This document shows positions 18,466-29,016 of a DNA stretch of 64,000 nucleotides, piece after piece (within the stretch, counting starts at the first letter, position 1; each line of letters begins with the position of its first letter). The notes below the pieces were generated by a model. It worked only from the letters and a program-made list of their open reading frames with translations. It had not been told where the DNA came from and ran no database searches. The stretch is from Reclinomonas americana ATCC 50394 (taxonomy: Eukaryota). The stretch spans positions 1,116,001-1,180,000 of the forward strand of contig PS015009.1 in the NCBI GenBank assembly GCA_048213135.1, given 5' to 3'. Both the position numbers and the translations under genes were made by a program.

Positions 18466-19471
18466 TTTCAGGCACCTCCAGGCTGCGCATTGTGAAAATG
18501 GCGTAACCACCAACCTTTTACGCGGCGTAGGTGTAACACAACTTACCGAACCTATGGCCTTTGGTATCGGCTCAGGCCTGTTCTTCATTTATATTCCTTT
18601 AATGAAGGTGAACAACGGCCCCGCTATCGCATTCCGTACACAACCCGGGCTCATCTTTAAAAGAACCTGCAACTCTCTCGGCATTCCCGTAATGAGAAAA
18701 AAATTCAGTTCCAAAGAAGCAGCTACAAAGGCACTCGATGAATGCCTGGCCGCGGGAAGACCCGTAGGCTGCCAGGTAGGTGTATACTATCTTACTTATT
18801 TCCCAAAAGAATACCGCTTTCACTTCAATGCCCATAACCTCATCGTTTTTGGAAAGGAAGGCGATAACTACCTCATCAGCGACCCCGTAATGGAAAATGT
18901 AACCACGCTTTCTTCTTACGAACTGGAGCGGGTGCGTTTTGCCAAAGGGCCACTGGCACCAAAGGGGCAACTGTATTACCCCACCGAAGGCCGGCCGGTT
19001 ACGGAAGAGCAGATAAAGAATGCCATACGCACCGGTATCAAAAGAAATGTACGCGACATGCTGCATATCCCCGGGCCTATTGCAGGCGTATCCGGCATAC
19101 GGTACACCGGTAAAAAAATCAAGAAGTGGAAAAACAAACTCGGCGATAAAAAAGCGGGACTTTACCTGGCGCAGCTCGTACGTATGCAGGAAGAGATTGG
19201 CACCGGTGGTGGTGGTTTCCGTTACATTTACGGCGCTTTCCTGCAGGAGTCTTACGCCCATCATCATATAGATGAGTTACCCGAGATCTCCAAAGTGTTT
19301 ACACAGGCCGGCGACATGTGGCGCAATGCCGCTGTACAGGCCGCCGGCATCTACAAAGGCCGCATCGGCAGCCAGGCCGATTACGATGTGATGGGCGATA
19401 TGCTGATCGAGATCGCTGAAGTGGAAAAGCAGGCCTTCACCGCTTTGTCAAAAATAAACTGGAAAGGATGA
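18455..19471 (+). CDS. BtrH-family papain/C39-like hydrolase
   Basis: HCENG (Cys), NAHNL (His), ISDP (Asp); EEIGTGGGGFR. Confidence 0.85.
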   Translation: MITDFRHLQAAHCENGVTTNLLRGVGVTQLTEPMAFGIGSGLFFIYIPLMKVNNGPAIAFRTQPGLIFKRTCNSLGIPVMRKKFSSKEAATKALDECLAAGRPVGCQVGVYYLTYFPKEYRFHFNAHNLIVFGKEGDNYLISDPVMENVTTLSSYELERVRFAKGPLAPKGQLYYPTEGRPVTEEQIKNAIRTGIKRNVRDMLHIPGPIAGVSGIRYTGKKIKKWKNKLGDKKAGLYLAQLVRMQEEIGTGGGGFRYIYGAFLQESYAHHHIDELPEISKVFTQAGDMWRNAAVQAAGIYKGRIGSQADYDVMGDMLIEIAEVEKQAFTALSKINWKG

Positions 19472-20217
19472 GGGTTCCGGCAGTGAGCATTAAGGACCTC
19501 GGGTTCCGTTACAAAGGTCAGCCGAATGATTGTTTCAGTCATCTTAACCTTGACGTGATGCCCGGCGAACGCTTCGGTTTGTTCGGACCTAACGGTGCCG
19601 GCAAAACGACGTTGATGAACTGCATGACGGGCCTCCTCGAATACCAGGAAGGCGCCATCAGCATACTGGGTCATAATGTGGCCGAACATAAAAAAACCAC
19701 CAACCGTCTTTTTGGTTTTGTTCCGCAGGATTTCTCTTTTTACCAGGAGTTGAGTCCCGCCGAAAACCTCGCTTTCTTCGGTGCCTGGTATGGTTTATCC
19801 AAACCGGTCATCAAACAAAAAACAACAGAATTATTGGAAGTACTCGGGCTTAAGGATGTACGCAACAAGCCCGTGGAGAAGTTCTCCGGGGGCATGAAAC
19901 GCCGCGTTAACCTCGCCATTGGTGTTATGCACAACCCGCAGGTATTGTTTTTAGATGAACCTACCGTTGGCGTGGATATACATACCCGCCATGCCATTAT
20001 TACTTATCTGAAAGAACTCAACAGCAAAGGCACCACACTTATCTATACTTCACACCAGCTCAGCGAAGCCGAAGATCTTTGCGAAAAGATCGCCATGATC
20101 GACGACGGCAGGATACTGGTGCACGACCTCATCAGCCAGTTGCTGATTGATCACCAGGAAGACGGGCTGGAAGGGCTGTTCATCAATTTAACCGGAAAAT
20201 CATTCAGGGATTCTTAA
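19468..20217 (+). CDS. ABC transporter ATP-binding protein
   Basis: GPNGAGKT, FSGGM, FLDEPT. Confidence 0.95.
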   Translation: MRVPAVSIKDLGFRYKGQPNDCFSHLNLDVMPGERFGLFGPNGAGKTTLMNCMTGLLEYQEGAISILGHNVAEHKKTTNRLFGFVPQDFSFYQELSPAENLAFFGAWYGLSKPVIKQKTTELLEVLGLKDVRNKPVEKFSGGMKRRVNLAIGVMHNPQVLFLDEPTVGVDIHTRHAIITYLKELNSKGTTLIYTSHQLSEAEDLCEKIAMIDDGRILVHDLISQLLIDHQEDGLEGLFINLTGKSFRDS

Positions 20218-21497
20218 TGTACAAACTCTGGGCTACCATAGTAAAAGATATACAGATACTCACCCGCGACAAACTCGGGCTGGTATTCATGTTTGCCATG
20301 CCTATTGTGCTGGCTATTGTGATCACCGCGGTGCAGAACAGCACTTTCGAAATGCTGAATACCAACCGCGTGCCCATGCTACTCTGCAACAAGGATACCG
20401 GCGACGCGGGGCGTCAGCTGACAGGCGCTATACAAAAGGCTGGCATGTTCGACCTGAAAGAAGTGGAGGCCAATAAAACCATAGAAGATATTTCTGCCCG
20501 CATGCATGCTAAGGACGCCGTGATCGCTATTGTTATCCCGGCCGACTTTACCCATAAAATGATCGGAAAGGCAGATGAGATCGCGGCAAAGGCGTTGAAG
20601 AATATGGGTATGTCTGTTGACTCCGCGAAAAAAAACAGCGACACACTCGACGCCATTACCTTGTTGTATCATCCTGTATTGCAGGAGTCGTTCCGTCATT
20701 CTATCCAGGGGGCATTAAAAAGTTCGTTGCAAGTAGTGCAAAGCAAACTCGTTTTGAAAAGCATTTACTATACCATCAACGAAAAACAGCTGCCCGATTC
20801 GCTGGAGAATGAAATGCTCAGCAACCAGGTGCCTATTAATGAAGTGCCGGTATCGCGGGATGGCAGCCGCAATATTCCCAATGCTTCGCAGCATAATGTA
20901 CCTGCCTGGACCATTTTTGCCATGTTCTTCATCGTGATCTCGCTGGGAGGAAGCGTGGTAAGGGAAAAGCTTAATGGCAGTTTCATCCGGTTAAAAACAT
21001 TACCCACCAACTATATTGTTGCACTCCTGTCGAAACAGCTTACCTATCTCGCCGTTACGGTAATACAGGCAGCCGTTGTATTCGCCATAGGCGTGTGGCT
21101 CTTCCCGTCGATGGGCCTACCCAGGCTGAATATGCCCGCTGATCTCACGGGGCTGTTCCTGGTAACGCTCATCTGCGGCTGGTGTGCTGTTAGTTTTGCT
21201 ATTATGATCGGCGTATTCGCACAAACGCAGGAGCAATCCAATGGCACCGGCGCAGTATCGATTGTGCTGATGGCCGCCATCGGGGGCTTGCTGGTGCCCA
21301 GTTTCGCCATGCCCGATTCGTTCCAGTTCGTAATGAAACTTTCACCCCTGCACTGGTGCCTGGAAGCCTATTACGGTTTGTTCCTGGAAGGCGGAAAACT
21401 CCGCGATGTTGTACTAAATATTATACCTTTATTGGGGATAACCGGGGTGATCCAGCTGATCACCTTATATGGATTAAAAAGAAAAAACCTGATTTGA
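20217..21497 (+). CDS. ABC-2 type permease
   Basis: N-terminal TM, large periplasmic loop, several C-terminal TMs; SPLHW. Confidence 0.9.
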   Translation: MYKLWATIVKDIQILTRDKLGLVFMFAMPIVLAIVITAVQNSTFEMLNTNRVPMLLCNKDTGDAGRQLTGAIQKAGMFDLKEVEANKTIEDISARMHAKDAVIAIVIPADFTHKMIGKADEIAAKALKNMGMSVDSAKKNSDTLDAITLLYHPVLQESFRHSIQGALKSSLQVVQSKLVLKSIYYTINEKQLPDSLENEMLSNQVPINEVPVSRDGSRNIPNASQHNVPAWTIFAMFFIVISLGGSVVREKLNGSFIRLKTLPTNYIVALLSKQLTYLAVTVIQAAVVFAIGVWLFPSMGLPRLNMPADLTGLFLVTLICGWCAVSFAIMIGVFAQTQEQSNGTGAVSIVLMAAIGGLLVPSFAMPDSFQFVMKLSPLHWCLEAYYGLFLEGGKLRDVVLNIIPLLGITGVIQLITLYGLKRKNLI

Positions 21498-21502
21498 TCA
21501 TC

Positions 21503-21769
21503 ATGCAGACCACCGAAGAATTAAAGGCGCAGTTAAAAAAACAGATCGTTGAGTTCCTGAACCTGCTTTCTGTTAATCCTGAAGATATAAAAGACGACGA
21601 GCCGCTGTTTGGCGAAGGGCTGGGCCTGGATTCCATTGACTCGATAGAACTGATCGTACTGCTGAACCGGGAATACGGCATCGACATTAAAGACCCGAAA
21701 GAAGGCCGGAAAGTACTGGTCGACATCAATACCATGGTTGGCTACATACAACAGCACCGCACCAAGTAA
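21503..21769 (+). CDS. Acyl carrier protein
   Basis: Start MQTTEELK; GLGLDSIDS phosphopantetheine site. Confidence 0.92.
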   Translation: MQTTEELKAQLKKQIVEFLNLLSVNPEDIKDDEPLFGEGLGLDSIDSIELIVLLNREYGIDIKDPKEGRKVLVDINTMVGYIQQHRTK

Positions 21770-21797
21770 CCTGTTACCGAAACAGGCTTCCTTTTTT
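21770..21797 (+). terminator. Short hairpin with T-run after the ACP gene
   Basis: CCTGTT-ACCGA-AACAGG followed by CTTCCTTTTTT. Confidence 0.4.
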
Positions 21798-21819
21798 GAC
21801 CTGATAAATTCTTACCGAA

Positions 21820-23007
21820 TTGAATATTCTCGTTACCGGCATGGGTATCATTACTGCTATCGGCGACTCCGTGGCAGCTAACCATACCGCATTGAAAGAA
21901 GGCAGGTGCGGGATCGGTAACGACAGGCATTTATTTCCCTCCCGCTATTCCGGGGTTTTACCTTTTGGTGAAGTACCGTTTACAACAGAAGAGCTTTCTT
22001 CACGTCTGCATATTGATCCGAAAGGTGTGACCCGTACGGCTTTACTGGCTTTACATGCATTTGAAGAGTCGGTGAAAGACGCGGGATTATCCATGCAGAA
22101 TATTTGTTCTGCCGGCACCGCACTCATCAGTGCCAGTACCGTAGGTGGCATGTGCCTTACTGATGAACTGTTTGCCGATGCGCAGGCTGCCGATCATGGG
22201 TCGGAGTACCTCGGTTCTTATGACAGTGCCTCCGTTAATTTTTTTATCCGGGAAAGATATCCTGTACAGGGCATCATCAATATCATCAATACTGCCTGTT
22301 CCTCGTCTGCCAATGCCATCATGTATGGTGCAAGATTAATTAAACAGGGCCTGGCCGAAAGGGCTATTGTTGGCGGTGTGGATTGCATGGCCAAGTTCAC
22401 TGTTAATGGTTTCAACGCTTTGCATATTCTTTCCAATGAACAGTGTATTCCTTTCGATGAGAATCGTAAAGGGTTGAACCTGGGCGAAGGAGCCGCCTTC
22501 CTGGTACTGGAACGCGAAGAAGATGTAAAAGATAAAAAAGTGTATGCCCGTTTGTCGGGTTACGCCAATACTAACGATGCCTACCATCCTTCTTCTTTGT
22601 CGGATGAAGGAGATGGTCCTTTTCTTTCCATGAAAGAAGCGTTGCAGGCGGCTTCGCTGGAAACAACGCAGATCAGTTTCATTAATGCCCACGGTACAGG
22701 AACAGAGAACAATGACCTGGTAGAAAGCAGGGCTATGCTGCGTTTATTCGGCACCGTGCCGCCTTTTGCTTCCACCAAATCCAATACGGGGCACACCCTT
22801 GGTGCAGCCGGTGCCGTAGAGGCGGTGTACAGCATCCTGAATATCATACACCAGGAGTTCTACCCACACCTGCATTTCAGCCAGCCCATCGGTGAAACGG
22901 GCCTTATACCCCAAACCCGGTACCAGCCCGCGGAAGTGACGCATGTGATGTCCAACTCTTTTGGCTTCGGCGGCAATTGTTCATCCCTTATCTTCTCAAA
23001 AGCGTAA
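21820..23007 (+). CDS. Beta-ketoacyl-ACP synthase (FabF-like)
   Basis: TACSSS, HGTGT, GHTLGA, SNSFGFGG; TTG start. Confidence 0.92.
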   Translation: MNILVTGMGIITAIGDSVAANHTALKEGRCGIGNDRHLFPSRYSGVLPFGEVPFTTEELSSRLHIDPKGVTRTALLALHAFEESVKDAGLSMQNICSAGTALISASTVGGMCLTDELFADAQAADHGSEYLGSYDSASVNFFIRERYPVQGIINIINTACSSSANAIMYGARLIKQGLAERAIVGGVDCMAKFTVNGFNALHILSNEQCIPFDENRKGLNLGEGAAFLVLEREEDVKDKKVYARLSGYANTNDAYHPSSLSDEGDGPFLSMKEALQAASLETTQISFINAHGTGTENNDLVESRAMLRLFGTVPPFASTKSNTGHTLGAAGAVEAVYSILNIIHQEFYPHLHFSQPIGETGLIPQTRYQPAEVTHVMSNSFGFGGNCSSLIFSKA

Positions 23008-23009
23008 TC

Positions 23010-24050
23010 ATGTTCTTTATCCGTCATACCACCTGTATATCGCCCCAGGCCACCTTCGGGGAAAAGGATATGAACACCCTGCGGGAACCGGTTGATAATA
23101 AACTAAAGGCGATCGAACCCGCTTATGACGCTATCCCTCCTTCGCAGTTGCGGCGCATGGGTACAGCGATACGCCTGGGTATAGGCGCAGCCCTGCCCTT
23201 ACTGAAGAACAATACGGCGGATGGTATCATCATCGGCACAGCGAAAGGCGGCATGGAAGACAGCATCAAATTCCTGAACCAGATTGTACAATACGAAGAA
23301 GGCGTGCTGGCTCCGGGTAATTTTGTACAAAGCACCACCAATGCCATTGCCGGCCAGCTGGGCATGCTTACCCGCAACAAAGGATACAATATTACGCATA
23401 CCCAGCGGGGCCTGGCTTTTGAGACCGCCCTCATTGACGCGGAGATGCGGCTCAATGAATTTCCTTCACACACTTACTTACTGGGTGGGGTAGACGAAAT
23501 TTCCAGTTTCAACCATAACCTGGAAAGACTGGAAGGCGCTTACAAAACAGAAGAGGTGAGCAGCGGTAATTTTTATTCCCTCAATACACCCGGCAGTGTC
23601 GCCGGTGAAGGAGCCGCTATGTTCCTTGTCAATAAAAATCCCGAAGGCGCCGTGGCACAACTAAAAGGTTTCGGCACACAGCCTGATGACAATATTGATC
23701 AGTTGCGCAACAGCCTTCAGTTGTTCCTTCAGCAACAATTGGCCCCCGGCGGACAGGTCGATCTGCTTATTACGGGGGAGAACGGCGACAACCGTTGCCT
23801 GCCTTACTATGAAGCTGTTGAGCAACTCCTTTCCAGCGAAACAGCTATTGCCCGCTTTAAACATATGACCGGCGAATATCCTACCGCATCGGCTGTAGCC
23901 CTGTGGCTGGCTGTACAGATACTGAATGATCAACAGCTTCCGGCACACATGATAAAAAGGCCGGGCGGTTCATCTTACAGGAATATCCTAATCTATAATA
24001 ATTTTAAGGGGAAGCAACACGGATGGATGCTGGTCAGTTTGCCTTTGTAG
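23010..24050 (+). CDS. Ketosynthase chain-length-factor-like protein
   Basis: RRM...G, FVQSTTN, GEGAAMF; catalytic TAC motif absent. Confidence 0.85.
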   Translation: MFFIRHTTCISPQATFGEKDMNTLREPVDNKLKAIEPAYDAIPPSQLRRMGTAIRLGIGAALPLLKNNTADGIIIGTAKGGMEDSIKFLNQIVQYEEGVLAPGNFVQSTTNAIAGQLGMLTRNKGYNITHTQRGLAFETALIDAEMRLNEFPSHTYLLGGVDEISSFNHNLERLEGAYKTEEVSSGNFYSLNTPGSVAGEGAAMFLVNKNPEGAVAQLKGFGTQPDDNIDQLRNSLQLFLQQQLAPGGQVDLLITGENGDNRCLPYYEAVEQLLSSETAIARFKHMTGEYPTASAVALWLAVQILNDQQLPAHMIKRPGGSSYRNILIYNNFKGKQHGWMLVSLPL

Positions 24051-25779
24051 CAACAGGCATTTTTTGCGCTGGTGTAGGCGCCTGTACCCAGGAGTTATCG
24101 TAACTTTTAAAGTGTGTGTTTTTTAATAACGCTTCCAGTTGAATTTTATGGTCGAGATAGTCTGCCAATGCAGAGAAGGCCGGGCGGTTCTCTTTTTTTA
24201 ATACCAGCAAAGCCGCATTGGAACCCGCTTTCACCGCAATGGGCACACCACCTCCCAGTTCGGCCCAGTGACCGCCCAGTAACAGGTTTTTTACCGGCGT
24301 ACGGTAATGAGCTACGCCATTCATCATATTGCTTTTGCCGGGTTTAGCGCCCATCATCGTTCCGTTCTTATTTCCCGTATAACGCCAATGGGTAACCGGC
24401 GTTGCCACGTCAAAAAACAGGATGTGCGAACGCAGCCCGGGCGCCAGCTTTTCCTCCACCCTTTTAATAACCGTTTCCGCGATCTGAAGTTTCAGCTGCT
24501 CATAGGCTTCGCCACGAACATAATCACCCTTCTCATCTTTGCCTGTTTCCCAGTTGTTGTAGGCGTCCATACAGGCAGGCATGAACAGCATTAATGTTCC
24601 CTGTCCGTCGGGCGCCATGGTTTTATCCCTTTGTGTTGGCGCCAGTATGCTGATCTCCGTTTTACCGGGATCGGAGCCATGGTGATCGTGGAAGTCCGCA
24701 TTTTCATTGGCCAGGTGCACCAACTCTTCTCCAAAACCCAATGCTTCCACGGGGCAATCCAGTGCAATGGATATGGTTACAGCAGAACTGTACAATTCAG
24801 CTTCGCGTAACTTCTTTTTCATTTTACCGGGGATGCAGTGTGCCGGCAGCATTTTCTCGTACAATGTCTCCACGTCGCAGGAGGCGATCACATAGCTGCT
24901 GTTCACTTTGTATTCCTTGCCTTTGTGATGAAACAGCACGCCTTTGCAGGTTCCGTCTTCCAACACTATTTCTTTTACAGCGGCTTTGAAAAATATATCG
25001 CTGTTGTGATAACCGATGGTATGTTGCAGCCATTCCGGGATGACTTGTCCGCCGCCTTTGGGTGGGCTCTGAAAATCGCCATAATAAGCCCAGCCAATGG
25101 GTACCAGGCAGGCCAGCAATTCCGTTTCCGAAGCGAATAACCGGTGCAGCCTGTCGTCTTTAAAGAAACGGTTCAGTCCTTTCCTCAATCCCTGTTCACC
25201 GGTGTACCCGATATACGGGATGAAGGGCAATGCAAAATTCAACAGCCGTATTTTATGATAAGCCCTTTCTGTAAGCGACATCGTTTCTTCCGACCTGAAA
25301 ATGGTATTGAACTGCTGGAGCGAGTAGCCCAGTTTTTTAGCCGCTTTAAAAAAGCGTTCGATCCCTTTTCTTTCATGAGGAAATTCCTTTATCAGCTGAT
25401 CGCGTAACTCGTTGGGATTGTTGGTGAGCAGGTAATTAAAGTTATTGCCCAGATAGCGCCGGATGCTCGTTTGCGGCACGGCCACAGGATGGTCTTTTCC
25501 AAGGAAATCGAACAACCGGTTAACCAGCCCGCCGGGTCCGCACTGGTTCAGCCAGTGAATGGCGGTATCGAAGCGGAACTGTTTACGCCGGAAACCGGCC
25601 AGGTAGCCGCCTGCATGCGGTTCTTTTTCCAGCACACATACAGACAGTCCCGCTTTACTCAGTATCGACGCAGCAGTTAAGCCGCCGATCCCTGCACCAA
25701 TAACCGTCACATCATAGATAGCCCTGGGTTCCGCTTTTTGCATTATGGTAAGATAAGTGTTCCCTTCGGGTAAACGCAT
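24034..25779 (-). CDS. FAD-dependent oxidoreductase, phytoene desaturase/retinol saturase-like
   Basis: VIGAGIGG, EKEPHAGG, FDTAIHW, ATPVT, GGGVP; possible start at 25743. Confidence 0.85.
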   Translation of the reverse strand: MRLPEGNTYLTIMQKAEPRAIYDVTVIGAGIGGLTAASILSKAGLSVCVLEKEPHAGGYLAGFRRKQFRFDTAIHWLNQCGPGGLVNRLFDFLGKDHPVAVPQTSIRRYLGNNFNYLLTNNPNELRDQLIKEFPHERKGIERFFKAAKKLGYSLQQFNTIFRSEETMSLTERAYHKIRLLNFALPFIPYIGYTGEQGLRKGLNRFFKDDRLHRLFASETELLACLVPIGWAYYGDFQSPPKGGGQVIPEWLQHTIGYHNSDIFFKAAVKEIVLEDGTCKGVLFHHKGKEYKVNSSYVIASCDVETLYEKMLPAHCIPGKMKKKLREAELYSSAVTISIALDCPVEALGFGEELVHLANENADFHDHHGSDPGKTEISILAPTQRDKTMAPDGQGTLMLFMPACMDAYNNWETGKDEKGDYVRGEAYEQLKLQIAETVIKRVEEKLAPGLRSHILFFDVATPVTHWRYTGNKNGTMMGAKPGKSNMMNGVAHYRTPVKNLLLGGHWAELGGGVPIAVKAGSNAALLVLKKENRPAFSALADYLDHKIQLEALLKNTHFKSYDNSWVQAPTPAQKMPVATKAN

Positions 25780-25861
25780 TTTTATGTCAACAAATATGTG
25801 TTCGTCTCATTATTCCCGAAAAACGATAACTTTAATCGCCTGAAAAGAATCAACCAATTAT

Positions 25862-27307
25862 ATGAGAGTAACGAGGAGTCTCCTGTTTTATGCACTTGCG
25901 CTTGTTGTTTTTGGCTTTATCATTTACTGGATCATACAGCAGGGGCACATCCAGGAAGCGACACGGCCACTGGCAGGCATTCACCCGGTAGCATCGGCAG
26001 ACAGTTTCGATACATTCCGGGTCTCTTTAGGTAAAAATGTACAGCACCCATTGGCTGTGTTGCTGCTGCAGATCATTGTCATCATTCTTTGTGCCCGCTT
26101 CTTTGGTTTTCTTTTTAAAAAAATAGGTCAGCCCGCCGTTATCGGGGAAATCGTAGCCGGCATTATACTCGGGCCTTCGGTTATCGGCTTGTTTTTCCCT
26201 CAATTCTCACAAGTGGTATTTCCTGTTAGTTCGCTGGTCAACCTGCAGTTTTTGAGCCAGGTGGGACTCATTCTTTTCATGTTTGTGGTAGGTATGGAAC
26301 TGGAAGTAAGTGCGCTGAAAAAGCAGGCCTTTGGCGCTTTCATCATCAGTCATATCAGTATTATTGTTCCTTTTGCGCTGGGTGTGGGACTAGCCTGGTT
26401 CTTATACCAGAATTACGCGCCGGTCAATGTTTCCTTCCTGGCTTTTGCCCTGTTCATGGGTATTGCCATGAGCATTACAGCCTTCCCGGTATTGGCCCGC
26501 ATCCTTCAGGAAAAAGGGCTCACGAAATCGAAACTGGGCAGCATGGCCCTTACTTCGGCGGCTATCGGTGATATTACGGCCTGGTTCATTCTTGCCGCTG
26601 TGATCGCGATCGTAAAAGCGGGTTCCTCTGCAAGTGTATTGTACTCGCTGGGTATGGCTGCCGTATATGTGGCGGTTATGCTGATCGGGATAAGGCCGCT
26701 CCTGCAATGGCTGAGCAGGATCTATGACAGTAAAGAACATAAAAGGACGCCTGTTATTGCCATTGTTTTCCTGATCCTGCTGGTATCAGCATATATCACG
26801 GAGATTATTGGCATACATGCACTTTTCGGGGCTTTTTTTGTCGGTGTACTGATGCCTACCAGCTTTAATTTCAGGCACATCGTTACCGAAAAAATTGAGG
26901 ATGTAAGCGTTGTTCTTTTGCTGCCGCTCTTTTTTGTATTCAACGGGCTGCGGACGCAGATTGGCCTTCTCAATGAGCCTTCGTTATGGATCGTCTGTGC
27001 CTGGGTCATCGTTATGGCCATTGCGGGAAAATTTGGCGGAACCGCCATCGCGGCCAAGATCGTAGGGCAAAGCTGGAAAGACAGTCTTTCGTTGGGTGTG
27101 CTGATGAATACCCGCGGACTGATGGAACTGATTGTGCTGAATATCGGCTATGAACTGGGTATCCTGTCGCCGGAAATATTTACGATAATGGTGATCATGG
27201 CCATTCTTACAACGCTGGTAACGGGGCCTGTGCTCGATCTCATCAATTGGTTATTACCGGAGAAAATGGTGGAGAAAGAAGAATTAAGCAGGGAAAACTC
27301 CGTATAG
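25862..27307 (+). CDS. Cation:proton antiporter (CPA2)
   Basis: GQPAVIGEIVAGIILGPS, SITAFPVLARIL, LMNTRGLMEL. Confidence 0.92.
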   Translation: MRVTRSLLFYALALVVFGFIIYWIIQQGHIQEATRPLAGIHPVASADSFDTFRVSLGKNVQHPLAVLLLQIIVIILCARFFGFLFKKIGQPAVIGEIVAGIILGPSVIGLFFPQFSQVVFPVSSLVNLQFLSQVGLILFMFVVGMELEVSALKKQAFGAFIISHISIIVPFALGVGLAWFLYQNYAPVNVSFLAFALFMGIAMSITAFPVLARILQEKGLTKSKLGSMALTSAAIGDITAWFILAAVIAIVKAGSSASVLYSLGMAAVYVAVMLIGIRPLLQWLSRIYDSKEHKRTPVIAIVFLILLVSAYITEIIGIHALFGAFFVGVLMPTSFNFRHIVTEKIEDVSVVLLLPLFFVFNGLRTQIGLLNEPSLWIVCAWVIVMAIAGKFGGTAIAAKIVGQSWKDSLSLGVLMNTRGLMELIVLNIGYELGILSPEIFTIMVIMAILTTLVTGPVLDLINWLLPEKMVEKEELSRENSV

Positions 27308-27338
27308 GTTTCTTCCAAAATTATACTATGGTAAGATA

Positions 27339-27400
27339 CACCGGGGTCCCGTACCGGAGACCCCGTCGGAACCAGGGATCCCTCCTCTCGTCGGGATGAC
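27339..27400. repeat. Hybrid REP-like element between convergent genes
   Basis: CACCGGGGTCCCGTACCGGAGACCCCG (like the hairpins at 7.8 and 10.1 kb) joined to ATCCCTCCTCTCGTCGGGATGAC (like 37084-37105). Confidence 0.7.
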
Positions 27401-27414
27401 ATCCGCTGTGGGTT

Positions 27415-27789
27415 CTACTCAACAGCCTTAAACGCCCCTTTAAATTTAAAATGGATTAGCTCTTCTTTAAATAGCGACGCATTTACAGTAATACTTCCGT
27501 CTTCATTGGTAACATACTTCACGTCCGCGGTTACCTTATTATTTGCCACCGGGTCAATTACCGCCAGGAACTTGATCTCATCGCCACGCGTAAGCAGGTA
27601 GGTCTTCTGCTCCACATGTTCCAGCAATTCCTTTACCATTTGCATCATACAAACACCCGGTACGACCGGTTGATTAGGGAAATGCCCGTTGAATATATTA
27701 TGCGAAGCGTTGATCTCCAGCCCGGCTGTAATACGGGCTTCTTCCTGTTGCAGGGACTGTATGTTGAAAAAATCATTCAGCAGTATCAT
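27415..27789 (-). CDS. 3-hydroxyacyl-ACP dehydratase (FabZ/ApeI-like)
   Basis: FNGHFPNQPVVPGVC hot-dog motif. Confidence 0.9.
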   Translation of the reverse strand: MILLNDFFNIQSLQQEEARITAGLEINASHNIFNGHFPNQPVVPGVCMMQMVKELLEHVEQKTYLLTRGDEIKFLAVIDPVANNKVTADVKYVTNEDGSITVNASLFKEELIHFKFKGAFKAVE

Positions 27790-28403
27790 CGTTCAATCTT
27801 TTTTAAACCGATGTTAAATTCAAATTTGGTATGGGAAATGGATATGCTGTCGGGCATACCATTACTGTAATTTGTCATGACCGCCTGTGTTACCGGCTTA
27901 CTTTTCGAAGCCCTTTCCATCCGGATCAACTGTCTGCCGGTACTGTCGGTGATGTAATGATAAAACCCTTTGGATTGAGGATAGATGAAATACAACATTC
28001 CCTCGTTGCTTTTTACCATCACATCGGCATTGTCCAGCCGGTTCATCAGTACCAGTTCAAAGTCTTTGCGCAGGGTTTTGATCACCGCCTTCCTGTTCAT
28101 CTTTTTGAAAATGTTGTGTACTTTAAAACTGCCGTCTGCCGCGAATTCAAAATCAAAAAAACTGAATCCTGTCTCACTTGTGAATACGATACGTGTACTA
28201 CTGTCTGGCATTTTCTTGAAAAGCAGTAACCCGCTCAGGTGATTACCCACTACATCAATACCCGCCTTATACAAGGCTACATGATATACCGGTTTGAAGG
28301 TTTGCAACTGCACAGGGTCGGCCTGCACGGTTTTAAATCCTTTATAGATCGACGTGCAGGATAACAGAAAAACAATAAGACTACCTGATATCAAATAACG
28401 CAT
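27786..28403 (-). CDS. Lipoprotein of flexirubin-type clusters
   Basis: Lipobox LLSC; SGLLLFKK, RIVFTSETG, LRKDF. Confidence 0.75.
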   Translation of the reverse strand: MRYLISGSLIVFLLSCTSIYKGFKTVQADPVQLQTFKPVYHVALYKAGIDVVGNHLSGLLLFKKMPDSSTRIVFTSETGFSFFDFEFAADGSFKVHNIFKKMNRKAVIKTLRKDFELVLMNRLDNADVMVKSNEGMLYFIYPQSKGFYHYITDSTGRQLIRMERASKSKPVTQAVMTNYSNGMPDSISISHTKFEFNIGLKKIER

Positions 28404-29016
28404 CCGGAAGCGTGGTGTTGAGTTCTTTGTTTACAAATCGGATAACTGTTTCGTCGCCGGAGGGTTCATGCATTTCTATGCTGCCTACACCATAATCTTT
28501 CTTGTCCACTACCAGGTTTACCGTTTTGAACAGTTCTTTCATATTCTTGCCAATAGGAGTCAGCTCTACCATGTAAGCCGCCTTACTTTCAAAAATACGG
28601 GTTTTGAAATCGGGGTTATTCAATGCCGTTCCCTGCATACAATCGATCATAATGCGGTTGATCTGCTGAAACAGTTTGTTGGATTTGGTAGATACTTTAT
28701 TTTCCTTCTGGCCATCCTTTACATAAACCTTGTCTTTATTGATGATCATCAGGTACTGGTAAGGCTGGGTATATTCCATACGCACCTGGCTTTCTTTACG
28801 AAACCAGAATTTGCCTTTGGATGTGATCTTCTCCGACAGCATGGCCAGGTTTTTTTCCTGTACAAAATTGCTTTTGATGGAACTGGTTTTTTGCGTGGCG
28901 GCGGCAAATTGTTCTTTGAACTTACCCATGTCCGTCACTGCAGTATAACCCGGGTATTGCGCTGCAGCAGGCAATACCAGCACAAGGGCAAAAGCTATAT
29001 AGATCAGTTTACGCAT
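28381..29016 (-). CDS. LolA-like outer-membrane lipoprotein/lipid carrier
   Basis: Signal peptide; FVQEK...SKGKFWF...RMEYTQP. Confidence 0.85.
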   Translation of the reverse strand: MRKLIYIAFALVLVLPAAAQYPGYTAVTDMGKFKEQFAAATQKTSSIKSNFVQEKNLAMLSEKITSKGKFWFRKESQVRMEYTQPYQYLMIINKDKVYVKDGQKENKVSTKSNKLFQQINRIMIDCMQGTALNNPDFKTRIFESKAAYMVELTPIGKNMKELFKTVNLVVDKKDYGVGSIEMHEPSGDETVIRFVNKELNTTLPDALFDIR

